The position numbers and the translations under genes were made by a program. A stretch of DNA of 64,000 bases, from contig AP026133.1 of assembly GCA_030295235.1 (NCBI GenBank), positions 1,178,001 to 1,242,000 of the forward strand, given 5' to 3'. This stretch comes from Fistulifera solaris. Its lineage: Eukaryota. This document shows, one piece after another, positions 38,235-50,578 of the stretch (its first letter is position 1; every line of letters starts with the position of its first letter). A model generated the notes under the pieces. That model saw only the letters and a program-made list of their open reading frames with translations, searched no databases and had not been told where the DNA came from.

Positions 38235-38611
38235 TGTGATTGTGAAAAGAGTCAGTTGAATCGAAAACATATATGAAATGGTGGTAGTAATAACATCGTT
38301 GTTATTATTTTGTTATGTGGATGTAGGATGTAGGGTGGATGCGATGAGATGGTGTGCAGATTGCAGATGCGATGACGAAGCGCAATGCGGTGAAGCGTAC
38401 TTGTACTTGTAATTGTACTCCGTAAAGGAAAGATACAAGTATAGAGTACGGAGTAATAATCATCGTCCGTGTGGCGGTACGACAACAAAACTAAGGGGAT
38501 TCATATTCTACGAACATGAATCAATTCAAATATTTACATGGAGTCGTATGAAAACAGATTCCTTCTTCAGCTCACGCACTTTCTTTCCGATTCACTATAA
38601 TCTGATTGCGC

Positions 38612-40043
38612 TTACGTTTGCGAGTTCATGGCCCTCAGCAATTGCCACATAAGAATGCCACCTGTAACACTAACATTCAAGGAGTCTACACCTTCGGTAG
38701 TCACAGCGCTTCCATCAATTCTTACAAACTCGGTGCATGCTTTCGACACGAGCGTTCGTAGTCCATGTCCCTCCGATCCTAGTACCAATATGGTTGGCTC
38801 GTTCGATACGGGGAGTTGTTCCAAATTGTACATGACGGCGTCATTCGTCGGGACCGCAGAAGCACCAATGATACGAAATCCATCTTCTCGTGCATTCGCC
38901 AAGGTTCTCGGTAGATTGCTCGTACTATACACGACATCGAGAAGTTCCAATGCGCCCGCACTGGCGGCACTCACGACCGGTGACGGAGGTGCCGAGTTCT
39001 TCGCACACACCACGAGACCAATCTTGGATCCTCCTAGAAAGTATGCCGAACGGATCAAGGCACCGAGATTTTGTGGATCCACAACTTCATCTAGCACCAA
39101 CCAAAAATTAGGTGTATCGTCGTCATTGGGTGTTGCTGGGAACGGTATCCGAGAAATCGATTCAAAGTACAACTTGCCGCACCGCAGTACATACCCTTGA
39201 TGAGGTCGATCACTGGAAAGTGTGTTAAGGACACCTTTATCAACATACGCGACGGGGAGACCACGTGATTTGGCCAGTCCCAACACTTCTTCAGCTTGAG
39301 ACTGCTTGTCACCCGATCGGTTCGTAGTACCCTTTTGTTCTTGCACAAACAACCAAGGGCTGAATTGTGCTTCTGGCTTGCGCTCACGCTGTAATAGTTC
39401 GTGTTGTGCCTCATCGCCTTCTAGTAAATTAATGTCAATCATATCTTCCGGACGAGTAAAATCCCTCTTTCCGGCTCGCAAGGCATTCAACACAGGCGCC
39501 AATCCGTACAAATGAACGAATCCGGCACCTTCCAGTGCTCTCATATTAATTCTGCGGTCGTTATTGAGTTTGATCGATTCCTGGTTGTTGTCATAATTGC
39601 TGCGTCGACTCTTTCCGTAAGGCGATCTTTCGTTTCGTCCAGAATTGTAATTATTCTTGGGACCGCCGCGTCGTTCGGATTGTCGATTCTGTCGCTGCGG
39701 GGAGGAGTACGTCGAAGATGACGTTGAGGAAAAAGAAGAAATTGAAGGAGTAGATTCAAAAGGATCCCAATCATCCCATCCATTCGACGCAGCTGATTTT
39801 TTGTGAGCGTCGATCGCTATTTCGGTCGACGTTGTCATCGTCATCGTTATTGTAATCATTATCTTCTCTTCTTTGTCGCATCGTTCTTCCTTTGTTGTCT
39901 ACATGGACCTGTAATTTACTAAGAATAGAAGCCGTACTGCGATATTCGCGTTGCACAATCCGTGGCAGTACCAGCGATGATACCCAGATTTTCGAATGAA
40001 ACATGACGATCAAGAAAGAAGAAACAATTGCAACGAATTTCAT
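38612..40043 (-). CDS. SpoU/TrmH family RNA 2'-O-methyltransferase (RlmB/MRM1-like), organelle-targeted; apparent indel in A6 (39797-39802)
   Basis: RPHQGYVL, LDEVVDPQNLGALIRSA, SAASAGA, LVLGSEGHGL, VDSLNVSVTGGI; hydrophobic N-terminal presequence. Confidence 0.9.
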
Positions 40044-40686
40044 CCTATCGTTTGAGCGACACACTTAATTCCGAGCTTGCGATAAGAAGAAACCTTGCAA
40101 TCTTTGAACTTCCTTCTTTATTAGTAATTGAAAGGGAAAAGTGCTCTCTTTGTTTCGAAGAAATGGCTGATGATCTGATGAAACGTTTCCTTGAAATGAA
40201 AAATTGATGGACCCCATTGGTTCGCGGATCCAGATCAGTCGTGGTTACGTAGTATATAGATCGAGTGCCGTCTGGACAAAACATGAGCTTACAGTAGACT
40301 AGGACAACAGCGATCCGCAAGGTTAAAATGGACAACAATAATTGTAAATTGCGTTGCAAATACAAATTAATGTGATAGCATCATAAATACAACAGATCTG
40401 GGTGATCTAGTTGCAGAATAAGCGAAGATCTTGTGAGATATGCGATCCGTAATTAGTCGTCGTAGGTTCATAAGAAAAAATGTAGTAAATTTACAACGTA
40501 TCGCCCTGTCTCTCCCCATCTTTAAAATCAATTGTTATCTTCTTTCAAATTATCAATTGAATCGCATTCGAAGAAAATGGCAAAAGTATTCGTTGACCTG
40601 CCAGACTAAGAATTGCCATTAAAGGAAAAATATCGTTTTACTATCTTTAAAAATCATCGTACTGCATCACCTTCTATACACATCGC

Positions 40687-43000
40687 TTACTCAAAATCAT
40701 CGTAATCGGGGCCAGAGGGGTGAGTGTGTGAGTCAAGGAAGAGAAGCTCCTTGTAAGTGGCCAATGTCCAATACTCGGCGGGGCATACTTCCTCGGCATC
40801 GTCACAAACATCACGAATGTCGACCATGGTCTCCAAACGCAAGACACGAGCCAATTTAGCCTTTTCGTAAGCATCTTCTACGGCATGAATCTTGGCCAAT
40901 TCAGCCTTGAGCTTGGGGACGGAATCTTGCAATTCCTTCAAAGGACCGACACCAGCCTTCTTGATGGCGGGGATGATGTGGTGGTTCAACATATCGATTA
41001 GTGTAAGGGCTTCCATCTCGACAGTTCCAGTGTAGTGACTGTGCAGGATATCTCGGCGACTCTCCAATTCAGGCTTGGTCAGAACGCCCATCTTCTCAAA
41101 TAGAGCAACATTCTTGTCGGAAGTCAACTGCTTCACGGCTTCGACACCCGAGTCAATTCGCCACACACCACGATCAGTCAACATTTGCTGGTTGTCCAAA
41201 TCATAGTTGTTGCCATTGAAGATGACCTTCCAGTGCTTGTTCAGAGCATCGATGGCAATCTGCTTAGGGTCGGCGCCGGCCTCAATCTTGTCGGCGAATT
41301 CGGCGAACTTTTCGGCGGTAATGGTGTTAAGAACCGTGTTGACCAACGAGACGTTTTGCGAGGAACCGACAGCACGGAACTCGAAACGAGAACCACCATA
41401 GGGGAACGGAGAAGTACGGTTGCGATCTTCAGCAGGGACTTCAAAGGGAACAACCTCGCGTGTACCTAGATCGAGTGTCTTCTTGGCGGGCTCGTATTTG
41501 ACGTCACTTCCGTTCTTGAATGCTTCCAAATAGTTGGTCATGTCTTCACCCAAATAAGCCGAGACAATGGCGGGAGGCGCCTCACAGGCACCGAGACGGA
41601 AATCATTTCCGGGTGACGAAATGGCTGCACGCATCAAGTCACCATGCTGATCGACAGCGGCAATAATGGCCGCCATGACAACGGGAAAGGCGGCACTGTT
41701 TCCGGATGCCTTGGTGAGGCTATCGGGGTCCAACAAGTTGACACCATCTCGTGTAGCAACGGACCAGTTGTTGTGCTTTCCGGATCCATTGATGCCATCG
41801 AATGGCTTTTCCTGCATGAGGGCGGCCAAACCATGCTTGACGGCAACTTCTTCGATGATTTGCATGACCATCAAGTTCTGATCGATTTGTGTCGTGTTGG
41901 TTCCGTAGAGAGGAGCGAATTCAAACTGGTTGGGGGCGACTTCGCGGTGGCGTGTCTTGAGAGGGATACCGATGCGCCAGCACTCGTCCTGGATTTCTTG
42001 CATGCAGGCCAAGGCCGCCGTCGAAGTGGAAAGCGGAGCCATGTAGTGATCGCACAACTCTTGACCACGGGGAGCGTCCTTTCCGATGACGGTACGTCCC
42101 GTCATTTGCAAATCGGGGCGTCGGTAGTACTGCTCACGGGGAATGAGGAAGATTTCCTGTTCGAGACCAATGTTGGTGCAGACACCCGAAGACGTATCCA
42201 AGCCCAAGAGTTTGAGAAGACGACTACCCTGCTTGTCGAGCGCGGCGTTGGCACGGAGGAGAGGTGTCTTTTCATCCAAAGCGGCACCGTAGTAGGAAAC
42301 GAAGACGGAGGGAATGAAGATGGTATCTCCTCGAAGGAAGATGGGCGACGACGTGTCGACGGCAATGTATCCTCCAGCCTGATGGGTTCCTCGGAGACCA
42401 CCGTTGGGGTAGGACGAACCGTCGGTTTCACCCTTAATAAGAGTCTTTCCCTTGAAGTCCTTAACGACTTCGTTATCCTTGTTGAACTGGAGCATCATGT
42501 TGTGAACTTGACCGGTTTGACCGTGTCGAACACCGGATGCACCCATTGGCTGAAACCAGTGGCAGTAGACGTTGGCTCCATTGTCGAGGGCCCTACAGAA
42601 AACGAGTAATTGAGGTAAGTGAGAAATGAAGAAGAGTCCAGTGAGAGTCGAGTGAGATACTTGATCAAAGTGCAGATGATTCAACGGTCGAATCTTTTCT
42701 CTTCAAAAGTTCGACGACAACGACGAAGACGACGACCGCCGATGCCTTTCTTCTTCAAACGACTTACCAATCAAAGACAGCATTCGCAACAACATCCGAA
42801 TGAGTCGCAACCCAGGTAGGATCCTTCAAGATAGCTCCCGAAGCGCCGTGTTTCTTCAAGTACTCATCGGCAACTTTACCCGTGAAGACGTTTTTGCCGT
42901 AATCTTCAAATTGAGGCAAAGCCGCAAAGGCTCGGCGAGCGACGGCGTAGTGAATGTTCGATGTACGAGAGAGTTGACGAGCAGCGTTGCGTAAGAACAT
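40687..43000 (-). CDS. GSIII: Glutamine synthetase type III, mitochondrial presequence; intron 42767-42593
   Basis: YCHWFQP, GETDGSSYPNGGLR, GLEQE, RHREVAPNQFE, EKPFDGINGSGKHNNWS, RLGACEAPP, DRNRTSPFPY, FEFRAVGS; N-terminus MFLRNAARQLSR...RRAF. Confidence 0.97.
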
Positions 43001-43669
43001 GATTGTGTGTGTCTTTTGTGCTTGTATCGAGGTCTTCTTACTTCAATAAGCCTCTTTCACGAGAGCAAATGAATGGGTGCAAATGGAAAAGCAAGTGATC
43101 TTCAAGATCTCTCTCTCGCTCTGTCTTCATCACTCGTTCTTCGTCGTGGTGGGCCTTGTTGTTCGCTTTTTGCGGAATTTTTCGTCGGTGGATCGGTGGA
43201 TCTTTCTTCGTTACTATGGCTCCGAAAGCGAACGAGAAGGCGATGCGGTTCTTGTCTATATCATCGAACTGTATCATCAAGTACCGTTTCTGACCTGCAA
43301 AGCGCAGTTCTGACATTCACCGCTCCGCGTGTCCTTCAAACTTCCGGAAGATCGAACGGAAGTTGATTTTGTGAGGATGCCACAAGCCGAACACGGACTG
43401 GCTACATAACAAGCGTATAGTGGTCTTGCCGCTTGACCATTGTCTGCTTGTCAGACAATAACAGACATGCTTTGCAGGTGCACGGGCGGGTTTTTTCGCG
43501 TTTGCGCGTAAAGGTAAAATAGGAGTAATAATTGAGTCATGAGTTGTTGAAGATGTTGTATTCCTTTATTGTTCCTTCCTTCCTTCCTTCATTCATTATC
43601 ATTAATATCATTCTTTCCATCACCGTTTAGAATGAATCAAAAGAAGAAGGACGCGGTGAAGCAACAAGA

Positions 43670-45448
43670 ATGGGTAGCTGTCGCTTTTTGTGTCTGATTG
43701 CGGCGTGTGTGCCGCTCGCCGAGCTGTGGGTTCATCCGCACATGTTTTCGTCTCTTCGATCCATTCGTCTTGACACGCATGATTCGGTGGCGTTATTTGC
43801 TTCTAATAACGAACGCAATATCAAAAAGACACACATTGTAATAGTTGGAGGCGGTTGGGCTGGTCTCAGTGTTGCGGATTCTCTTTCACACGATGAGAAT
43901 GTTGAAATCACTTTGTTGGATGCTGGGCCGGCCGTCGGAGGATTGGCGGGAGGCGGTGCGCTGTCTCCGCGTTTACAATTATCCGTCGAGCCGGGATTGC
44001 ACGGTTTCTGGCGAGAATATCGAAATACGATTGCGACACTGGAACGAATTGGTGTCATGCCCGGTGCTTTGACAGAATTTACACCTTCAATTCTCGTCTC
44101 GCAACATGGACGTGTAGCCCTCGCGCCTGTACTAGCCAACGAAACACTCAACAACAAATTGACAGCAGGTTCGCCAATACCGAGGGTGGAAGAAGCTTTG
44201 TCTAAGTTGCTACCTCCGCCACTGGATGTGGCCTTGTTATCGGAGTTTTCGTCCAAACGACTTTCTACGGCCGATCGAATTTCGGCACTCGGTTTGGTTT
44301 CGGCTTGGGCCGATTTCGAGCCCGAAAATCGAGAATCCTGGTTGCGTTACGACAATATATCCGCCGAAGCTTTGTTTCGGTCGGCAGGTGTGACACCCGC
44401 ACTGTATGATGAGTTGGTAGCGCCGTTATTGCACGTATTGCCCATGACCACCGGATACGATTGCTCGGCCGCGGCGGCCTTGTCGTGTTTCCATGTCTTT
44501 GCATTACAATCGAAAGGAGCCTTTGATGTGCGATGGTGTACAGGGAGTATAGGGCAAACGATATTTCAGCCGTGGATTGAGCAAATGACGGCGCGGAGGA
44601 ATGTGAAAATTCTGTCGGGACAAAGAGTGACAAATATTACGGCTCAATCAATAGGATCTTTCGAAGTTTCGGTGCAAGGAGACAACGAACATTACTCATG
44701 CGATGCTGTAGTCATGGCGGTTGGTGGAACGGCGCTGAAACGACTGGCATTGAACTGCCCTTTGTTACAAGTTTCAGAATCGCGGTATTGGAATGAATCA
44801 TTGCGTGGTGTTACGTGTGTCGCTGTTCGGCTTTTCTTTGATCGAAATAGTCCCAAACCTTGGCTTAGGCCTATGAAGGACTCCCCCGTTGTTGTTTGTG
44901 GACCCAATATACTTCCCGAGTTGGTCGAAACGGGGTTTTGCATTTATGATCTGAATCGGTTGCAGCCAGATGTCTTTTCGAATGTTACCGCTCTAGAAGT
45001 GGATTTCTTTCGAGCCGATGGTATTGCGAATATGGAAAGTGACGACGATGTAGCTGATTTGGCACTCAAAGCTGTTGCGACTGCCTTACGACTTCCTTCC
45101 ATTGCGCAGGATCGAAACTTATGGCTCGAAGTGCATGTCATTCGTGCTCGCAACGCTGTTTCTCATTTCTGTCTCAACTCGGCCAAGACTTCTCCTGGAG
45201 TGAGAGTCTGCAAAGGAGTTTACTTTTGTGGAGATTGGATTGATCGAACTGGGCATTCGTCGTGGAGTACAGAGAAAGCTGTCGTAACGGGACGGCAAGC
45301 TGCCTTGTCGATCGCCAAGGACTTTAATTTGCAACGTTGTGATACGGGTATTATTCCTGCACCGCCTGAAGCACCTCCATTGATGGCATTAAGAAAGCTG
45401 GCAAGACTGCGGAAAAACGCTACACCAACTCCTATACCATTCTTTTGA
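43670..45448 (+). CDS. FAD-dependent oxidoreductase, amine oxidase / carotenoid desaturase (ZDS-like) superfamily, likely plastid
   Basis: IVIVGGGWAG, GGLAGG, VEPGLHGFWREYRN, YFCGDWI, STEKAVVTGRQAA; hydrophobic presequence. Confidence 0.85.
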   Translation: MGSCRFLCLIAACVPLAELWVHPHMFSSLRSIRLDTHDSVALFASNNERNIKKTHIVIVGGGWAGLSVADSLSHDENVEITLLDAGPAVGGLAGGGALSPRLQLSVEPGLHGFWREYRNTIATLERIGVMPGALTEFTPSILVSQHGRVALAPVLANETLNNKLTAGSPIPRVEEALSKLLPPPLDVALLSEFSSKRLSTADRISALGLVSAWADFEPENRESWLRYDNISAEALFRSAGVTPALYDELVAPLLHVLPMTTGYDCSAAAALSCFHVFALQSKGAFDVRWCTGSIGQTIFQPWIEQMTARRNVKILSGQRVTNITAQSIGSFEVSVQGDNEHYSCDAVVMAVGGTALKRLALNCPLLQVSESRYWNESLRGVTCVAVRLFFDRNSPKPWLRPMKDSPVVVCGPNILPELVETGFCIYDLNRLQPDVFSNVTALEVDFFRADGIANMESDDDVADLALKAVATALRLPSIAQDRNLWLEVHVIRARNAVSHFCLNSAKTSPGVRVCKGVYFCGDWIDRTGHSSWSTEKAVVTGRQAALSIAKDFNLQRCDTGIIPAPPEAPPLMALRKLARLRKNATPTPIPFF

Positions 45449-46106
45449 ACCTGTGATGAAAAGTGAAGGACTAAAAAGTACAAGCGATGTTCTGCAAAAA
45501 CATGTTTGCGCTACATAAAGCAAAAGATATAGTCAATGGTTATCACAAAAGTGTATACATTTACTCTTTCCAGTAATTGCTTATAAAGTTATAAGCGTAG
45601 ATTTTCTGGATCCATAGTTTTCTAGTCACGAAATTGAGACTGGAATTCAGTCAAGAATGAATTTTGATTAGCAATTGGAACAGTAATACTGGTCTAATCA
45701 AGGTCTCTAATGTAAGCTAAAATAGCCACGTGTTCTACCGTGCCTGTAGGGTCATTCAGGGCTACTGGAGTATAGCATAAAAAACGAGAATGGCCATCCA
45801 TGTGCAAGAAAAAACTACTCCGTAAATACAATCGTGACTCCTCATGACTAGGATGAAGTCGCCCTCCACACCATAGATGTATACGACATGACGACGTTTA
45901 TTTCACAATAGTGACACGCAAACAGGATTTAAATATTTTTTAGTCGTACAGGCTTTGAAATCTTCGTTGAACTTCTGCGACGGTCAAATAATAATAACGA
46001 TGCGCGATCGACATGACCATCATCACAACATTGAATGCGACGAGATCCCACACCAATTTGTTCTTTATCATTTGCAACGTTTCCTTATCAAACAAGATTT
46101 CACAGA

Positions 46107-47618
46107 ATGAAACGAAAGTGAGAGGAAGAATTGGAGGAATTCGAAGAGGAGAAGCCGAAGAAGCGGCGACGAATTGACGCGTCTGAGATCGATTCTTTCC
46201 AAGAAGTCATCAATGCGACCGAACATGGATCTGTCATTGCGTTTGGAAGCAATGACGTCAACATGCTTGGATTGCCCTTGCCTGATTTGCTAGAGGAAGA
46301 GAATGCAGAAGAATTTGAACGGTTTTTGTTGGGATCCGACCCTAAACCGGATCTTCTAACGACACGCACACTTCCAACAAAGGTGCCACGAGTCAAGCGG
46401 GTTTGCTCGATCTCTGCGGGCGGAATGCACACAGCCGCTCTCACGGTCGATGGCAAAGTCTATACATGGGGCGTGGATGACGAGGGAGCTCTGGGATATT
46501 CACTTGATGACGATGAAAATCCCATTCCCCAAATAGTGCCTCAACTTGACGAAATCATCCAAGTCACGTCGGGAGAATCATTTACGTTGTTTCTCAACAC
46601 GAAAGGACAAGTGTTGATGTGCGGAAAGATGCGCTCGTTTCACTATGACTCCTTTCATTACCCCTCCGACGGAGTGGCTTGTCAGGGAAACACTGTACAA
46701 CCTGTTGTTGTACCGATGCCTGGGAACGAAAAGGCGGTCAGCATTGCAGCGGGAAACGGTTCCAACTTTGCTGCAGTACTTTTGAAAAGCGGAGTAATCG
46801 GTACATTTGGTAAGTTCGTTTACAGTTTGATAGTGCTTATTTGAAATGTATTCAAACTAGTTGAATGTTCGACAGGTTTCGGTGAACACGGCGAATAGCT
46901 CGATTGCACGGGATGACGGATCCCGAAGCTGATGGCAGCTTCAATTTGACCAGGTTGAGCGAGATCGATAAAGTTCCGAATTCGACGGATAATAAGCGAA
47001 TAATGCGTCATTTTTTGACACCACAGCTCGCTTGCTTCGAGGGACCAGTCAAGGAAGTACTTTCGATGGCGTATGGATCGAACCACCTTCTTTGTCGTCG
47101 CGAAGAACTGGGGTGACACCAATGCGACGCTATACGGAAGCGACTTAAATTATTCCGGACAGCTAGGTCTGTCGGATAGAATCAAATCGGTACACGTGTT
47201 GACGGAATTGCGTAAGAATGTGTTAATTGTTGCTGCTGGTTCCTACCATTCCTACACTGTTGATGATGAAGGGCGCATGTTTGCCACTGGGCAGAATATG
47301 TACGCACAGCTTGGTCTGGGTGCTGGTGGAGGACAGCATTTTGGCTTTGAGCAAGTTACGTTTCCGGGACCCTTTGTACTCACTAGAATTGCGGCGGGTA
47401 ATACTCATGGCAGGGCTCTCAATAGCAACAAGACACTTTACATGTGGGGCTTCGTCGGGGAGGGAGCAACAGGTCAACCTTGCATTGCAGGCGACGAGGA
47501 AAAAGATATTTGTCACCCAACAAAGGTCGATCTTCCTTCTCAAAAGCAGATTTTGGATTTCTGCAGCGGTGGTCAATTCAGCGCTGTGGTCATACGTGAG
47601 GATGCTGACGATATGTGA
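46107..47618 (+). pseudogene. RCC1-repeat protein with a premature TGA and two frame breaks; intron ~46810-46875
   Basis: RCC1 repeats (ISAGGMHTAALTVDGKVYTWG, VAAGSYHS, IAAGNTH, CSGGQFS); ATG AAA CGA AAG TGA at 46107-46121; breaks near 46897 and 47090. Confidence 0.65.
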
Positions 47619-47791
47619 ATGATAGTCTTTTGCCTGTGTCATCAACAGTTTTGGTAGCGAAGAACAGATGCCGATTACCATTCTGCTTAAGATTTCGTAA
47701 TCCGAAACATAGTATCTCCCTATACATTAACTCCTTAGTTTAGGCGCAAAGAACGTCGCTCCATTTCTCCTCCGAGGCAACCTTTTGTTTC

Positions 47792-50141
47792 CTACGGTAC
47801 GATTGCTATAGTAAACTCCTCGTTCGCTCGATGAGCGTCTCTGTAAAGTTTATTCAAGCCATAAACACCAAACTTTTCGTGCGTCTTGCTGTAATGTTCC
47901 AACGTCTTCGGACGGTCGTCGTAATCAGGCATGTCTGTTGCTGCAGCCACCATGTTCATTTCTTCCCAAGTAAAGCGATGTGATCCCATGTCTTCCTTAT
48001 CCTGTTTCAAAATAATCGATCGACCTGGAATCAAGAAACGAGGATCATTCGGGGAGAGAGCCATTTTCTTTAAGTAGTCTGCATCGTCGTCTTCCTCACC
48101 ATTATGACTCGGAAACAATTCAATATCGCCCGGTTCAAATCCTGTCTGACGGTGCAAGTGGAGTACATCGTTAATACTGGCTCCCAAGATACAAGGACCG
48201 GCTGTGAATAAAGTATCCTTTAAAGGAAGGGAACGCAATTAGAGCGACAGCGAGTGAGTCGCCCTGTACTAAGCAGTAGCGACAATTGACAACCATCACG
48301 GCACAGCCTTTGTTCTACTTACCACCGTATGCGAAACAGCTAAGACTGGGTTGGGGCAAAGCATATCGTCATAATCCACCGAAGTATAACGATTGCGTAC
48401 ATGGTTCACTACGTTTTGAACCGTTTGAGCTAGAAATGGATGTCCCGGGGCGGCAGCGAGAAACCCATTCCACAGACAATGTCGATGACCCAAGGTCATT
48501 CCTGGTGTATCTTGTGGCGTCATGAAACCCACCGACGGTGGAATGAGCTCATCCAAGTTACTTTCCAACATGATATCCATATCGGCATAGACTCCACCCA
48601 TGATCAAGAGGACGCAATAACGAAACAGATCCGCTTTGAATGCGCCGGGCAAAATGGCATCATACGCGTCGCGAACGGCGGGTGGGAAATGTGCTTGCAA
48701 GAATTGTGCCGCCCGATTGTCGTCGTAGAACTCATAGTGCCACCCAGACTGTCGGAAGGATTCAATCAATCGAGACATGTTGGGATATTTTTCTTTGGTG
48801 ACGGGTTCATACCATGTTTGATGAATGATTCGAGGAATGAGTCGCTCGGGGTCTTTGGAAACGCGGGGTCGCGTGACTTTCCATTCCGCCATTAAACGTT
48901 TGGGCGGCGGTCGTATCTGACAAAGTGCTTGGCAGTAACACGGACATTGGGCTTGACACATTTGGCAATCCCCACCTTGGTCTCCATCATAGCCTGTTTT
49001 CAGACATTTGAAACATTCTTTACCCGACGGCAAGCAATCATTCATTAGCAAAATATCAAAGAAATTGGGCGTTTCCAACAGGGTTGCGGGCGTAGCACCC
49101 GTTGGATACTCTCGAACGGTCGCAACGAACGGCAAGTGATCCATATCCATCCCCAAGGTCGCATCCGTCATTTCGTCAGGTCGATCGAGAAAAGCAAATG
49201 GAACAATTGCCGACGGTGTGTAAACTCTAACCCTAACCCTAACCCTAACCCCAACCCTAACCCTAACCCTAACCCTAACCCTAACCCTAACCCTAACCCT
49301 AACCCTAACCCTAACCCTAACCCTAACCCTAACCCTGTCCTTTGTAAGGCACGGGGCACGTCGCATGCTCCACTTCTTCACCAAAGGTACATTGTGCCTG
49401 CCACAAAGTCCAAGACGTGACTCGAGGTGCCACGGGTTCTCGAGTATCTGTTGTTGATGTTGTAGTCCAGTATCGCAAGAAAGTGGATGACATAGGCAAC
49501 GACGATGGAGCTAAATAGAGAAATCCAGGGTGCCATCGATCATCGGGCAAGGCAATCGCTACCGATGATTGCGCGTTCTGCAACAGATCTTGCCACAATA
49601 CCGTGAGAGTGATTTGCTCAGAATCCCAGTACACGTTTCCCTGCTGTGTTGCCATGACACAATACTTCCACAACTGTGTTGCGTACTGCGAAGATAAAGC
49701 ATCGAATTGCGCAACCGAATCATGGCAATATTGCTGCACGAAGGTCCGTTGCTGCGCATGCGTGTAAAAGTTAAAAGACATTTGTGCGCTGCCAGTTCCT
49801 GTTGCGTCCAATTCTTCGATGAAATCGGTGATGAGAGGAGGAATTCCGGAGCTTGGCATCGGCCCAAAGACACGAAAAGGTGTCGAAGGAATCGTTGAAA
49901 AGAGCATATTCGTCGTGCTCGATAAACCCGACACGGGCAGTTCCTGAAGCAACCACGGAGACCATTTGTTGATTGAAAAGAAGATAAAGCCACCCGTAAG
50001 AATCAATGTTGTTACAGTCGTCCGTAAAATGGCATTTGCACGGGCTCGTTTCGCCTCCATTGCTTTCAGACCGCTATGCGTTGCACCTGAATTGTGCGTA
50101 GAATGATGAAGATTCTTGCTTGGTCTTATCGGCACTGTCAT
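47792..50141 (-). CDS. DxD glycosyltransferase (GT32/OCH1-like) type II membrane protein; intron 48322-48218; interrupted by a telomeric tract at 49223-49336
   Basis: N-terminal TM helix; IPRIIHQTW, GAFKADLFRYCVL, GGVYADMD, GHPFL, and after splicing HTV|DTLFTAGPCILG. Confidence 0.88.
49223..49336. repeat. Interstitial telomeric repeat, 19 x AACCCT (TTAGGG on the - strand), two variant units
   Basis: Read directly; variants CTCTAA (49225-49230) and CCCCAA (49249-49254); unique coding sequence on both sides. Confidence 0.97.
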
Positions 50142-50578
50142 CTCCGGAAGTCAATAGCCACAAGAAATATCAACAAAATGAAATGAAACGAAACGAAACG
50201 CAACAAACCAATAGAAATAGAAAAGTAGACAAGCAACGTTGCGTTCGTGTCGTTGCAATGCAAATGTGTGGTAAATGGTTTCGTTGTGCTGGCTTGATGA
50301 ATGTCATAGCTTATACACAGAACGTCCTCTCTTCTTCACTATCGCGATAGAGTAGTGAGTCATAAGGAACGGAAAATGAAAATGACGTCGGCTGGCTAAG
50401 GCATATTTCTCTTGTGGAGCGATGATATCAGTCTTAAAATGACTAATGAGAATCCCTTCAAAAACAAAACCTCAAACTTCTACTAATCTTGAAGCACAAA
50501 ATCACACACGACCTCAATATTAGTCAATCCGTGATACCATTCGACCTAAATTCCTAAAACTTCTTTTTTTACTTGATT

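Noticed and set aside
41644..42609. 321-aa ORF antisense to GSIII, and similar antisense ORFs over SCOT, SpoU and CLC
   Set aside because: Expected shadow frames of codon-biased genes; no motifs of their own.
46119..46121. TGA in the RCC1 gene as selenocysteine
   Set aside because: Lies in a basic/acidic N-terminal patch, not at a Cys-homologous redox position; the gene has other lesions and I saw no SECIS.
49223..49336. True chromosome end or end-to-end fusion site
   Set aside because: The tract has a single orientation with no head-to-head junction, and both flanks appear to be halves of one gene.
49136..49420. ORFs with (NP)n, (RV)n and (GL)n repeats as independent proteins
   Set aside because: They are translations of the telomeric hexamer tract in different frames.
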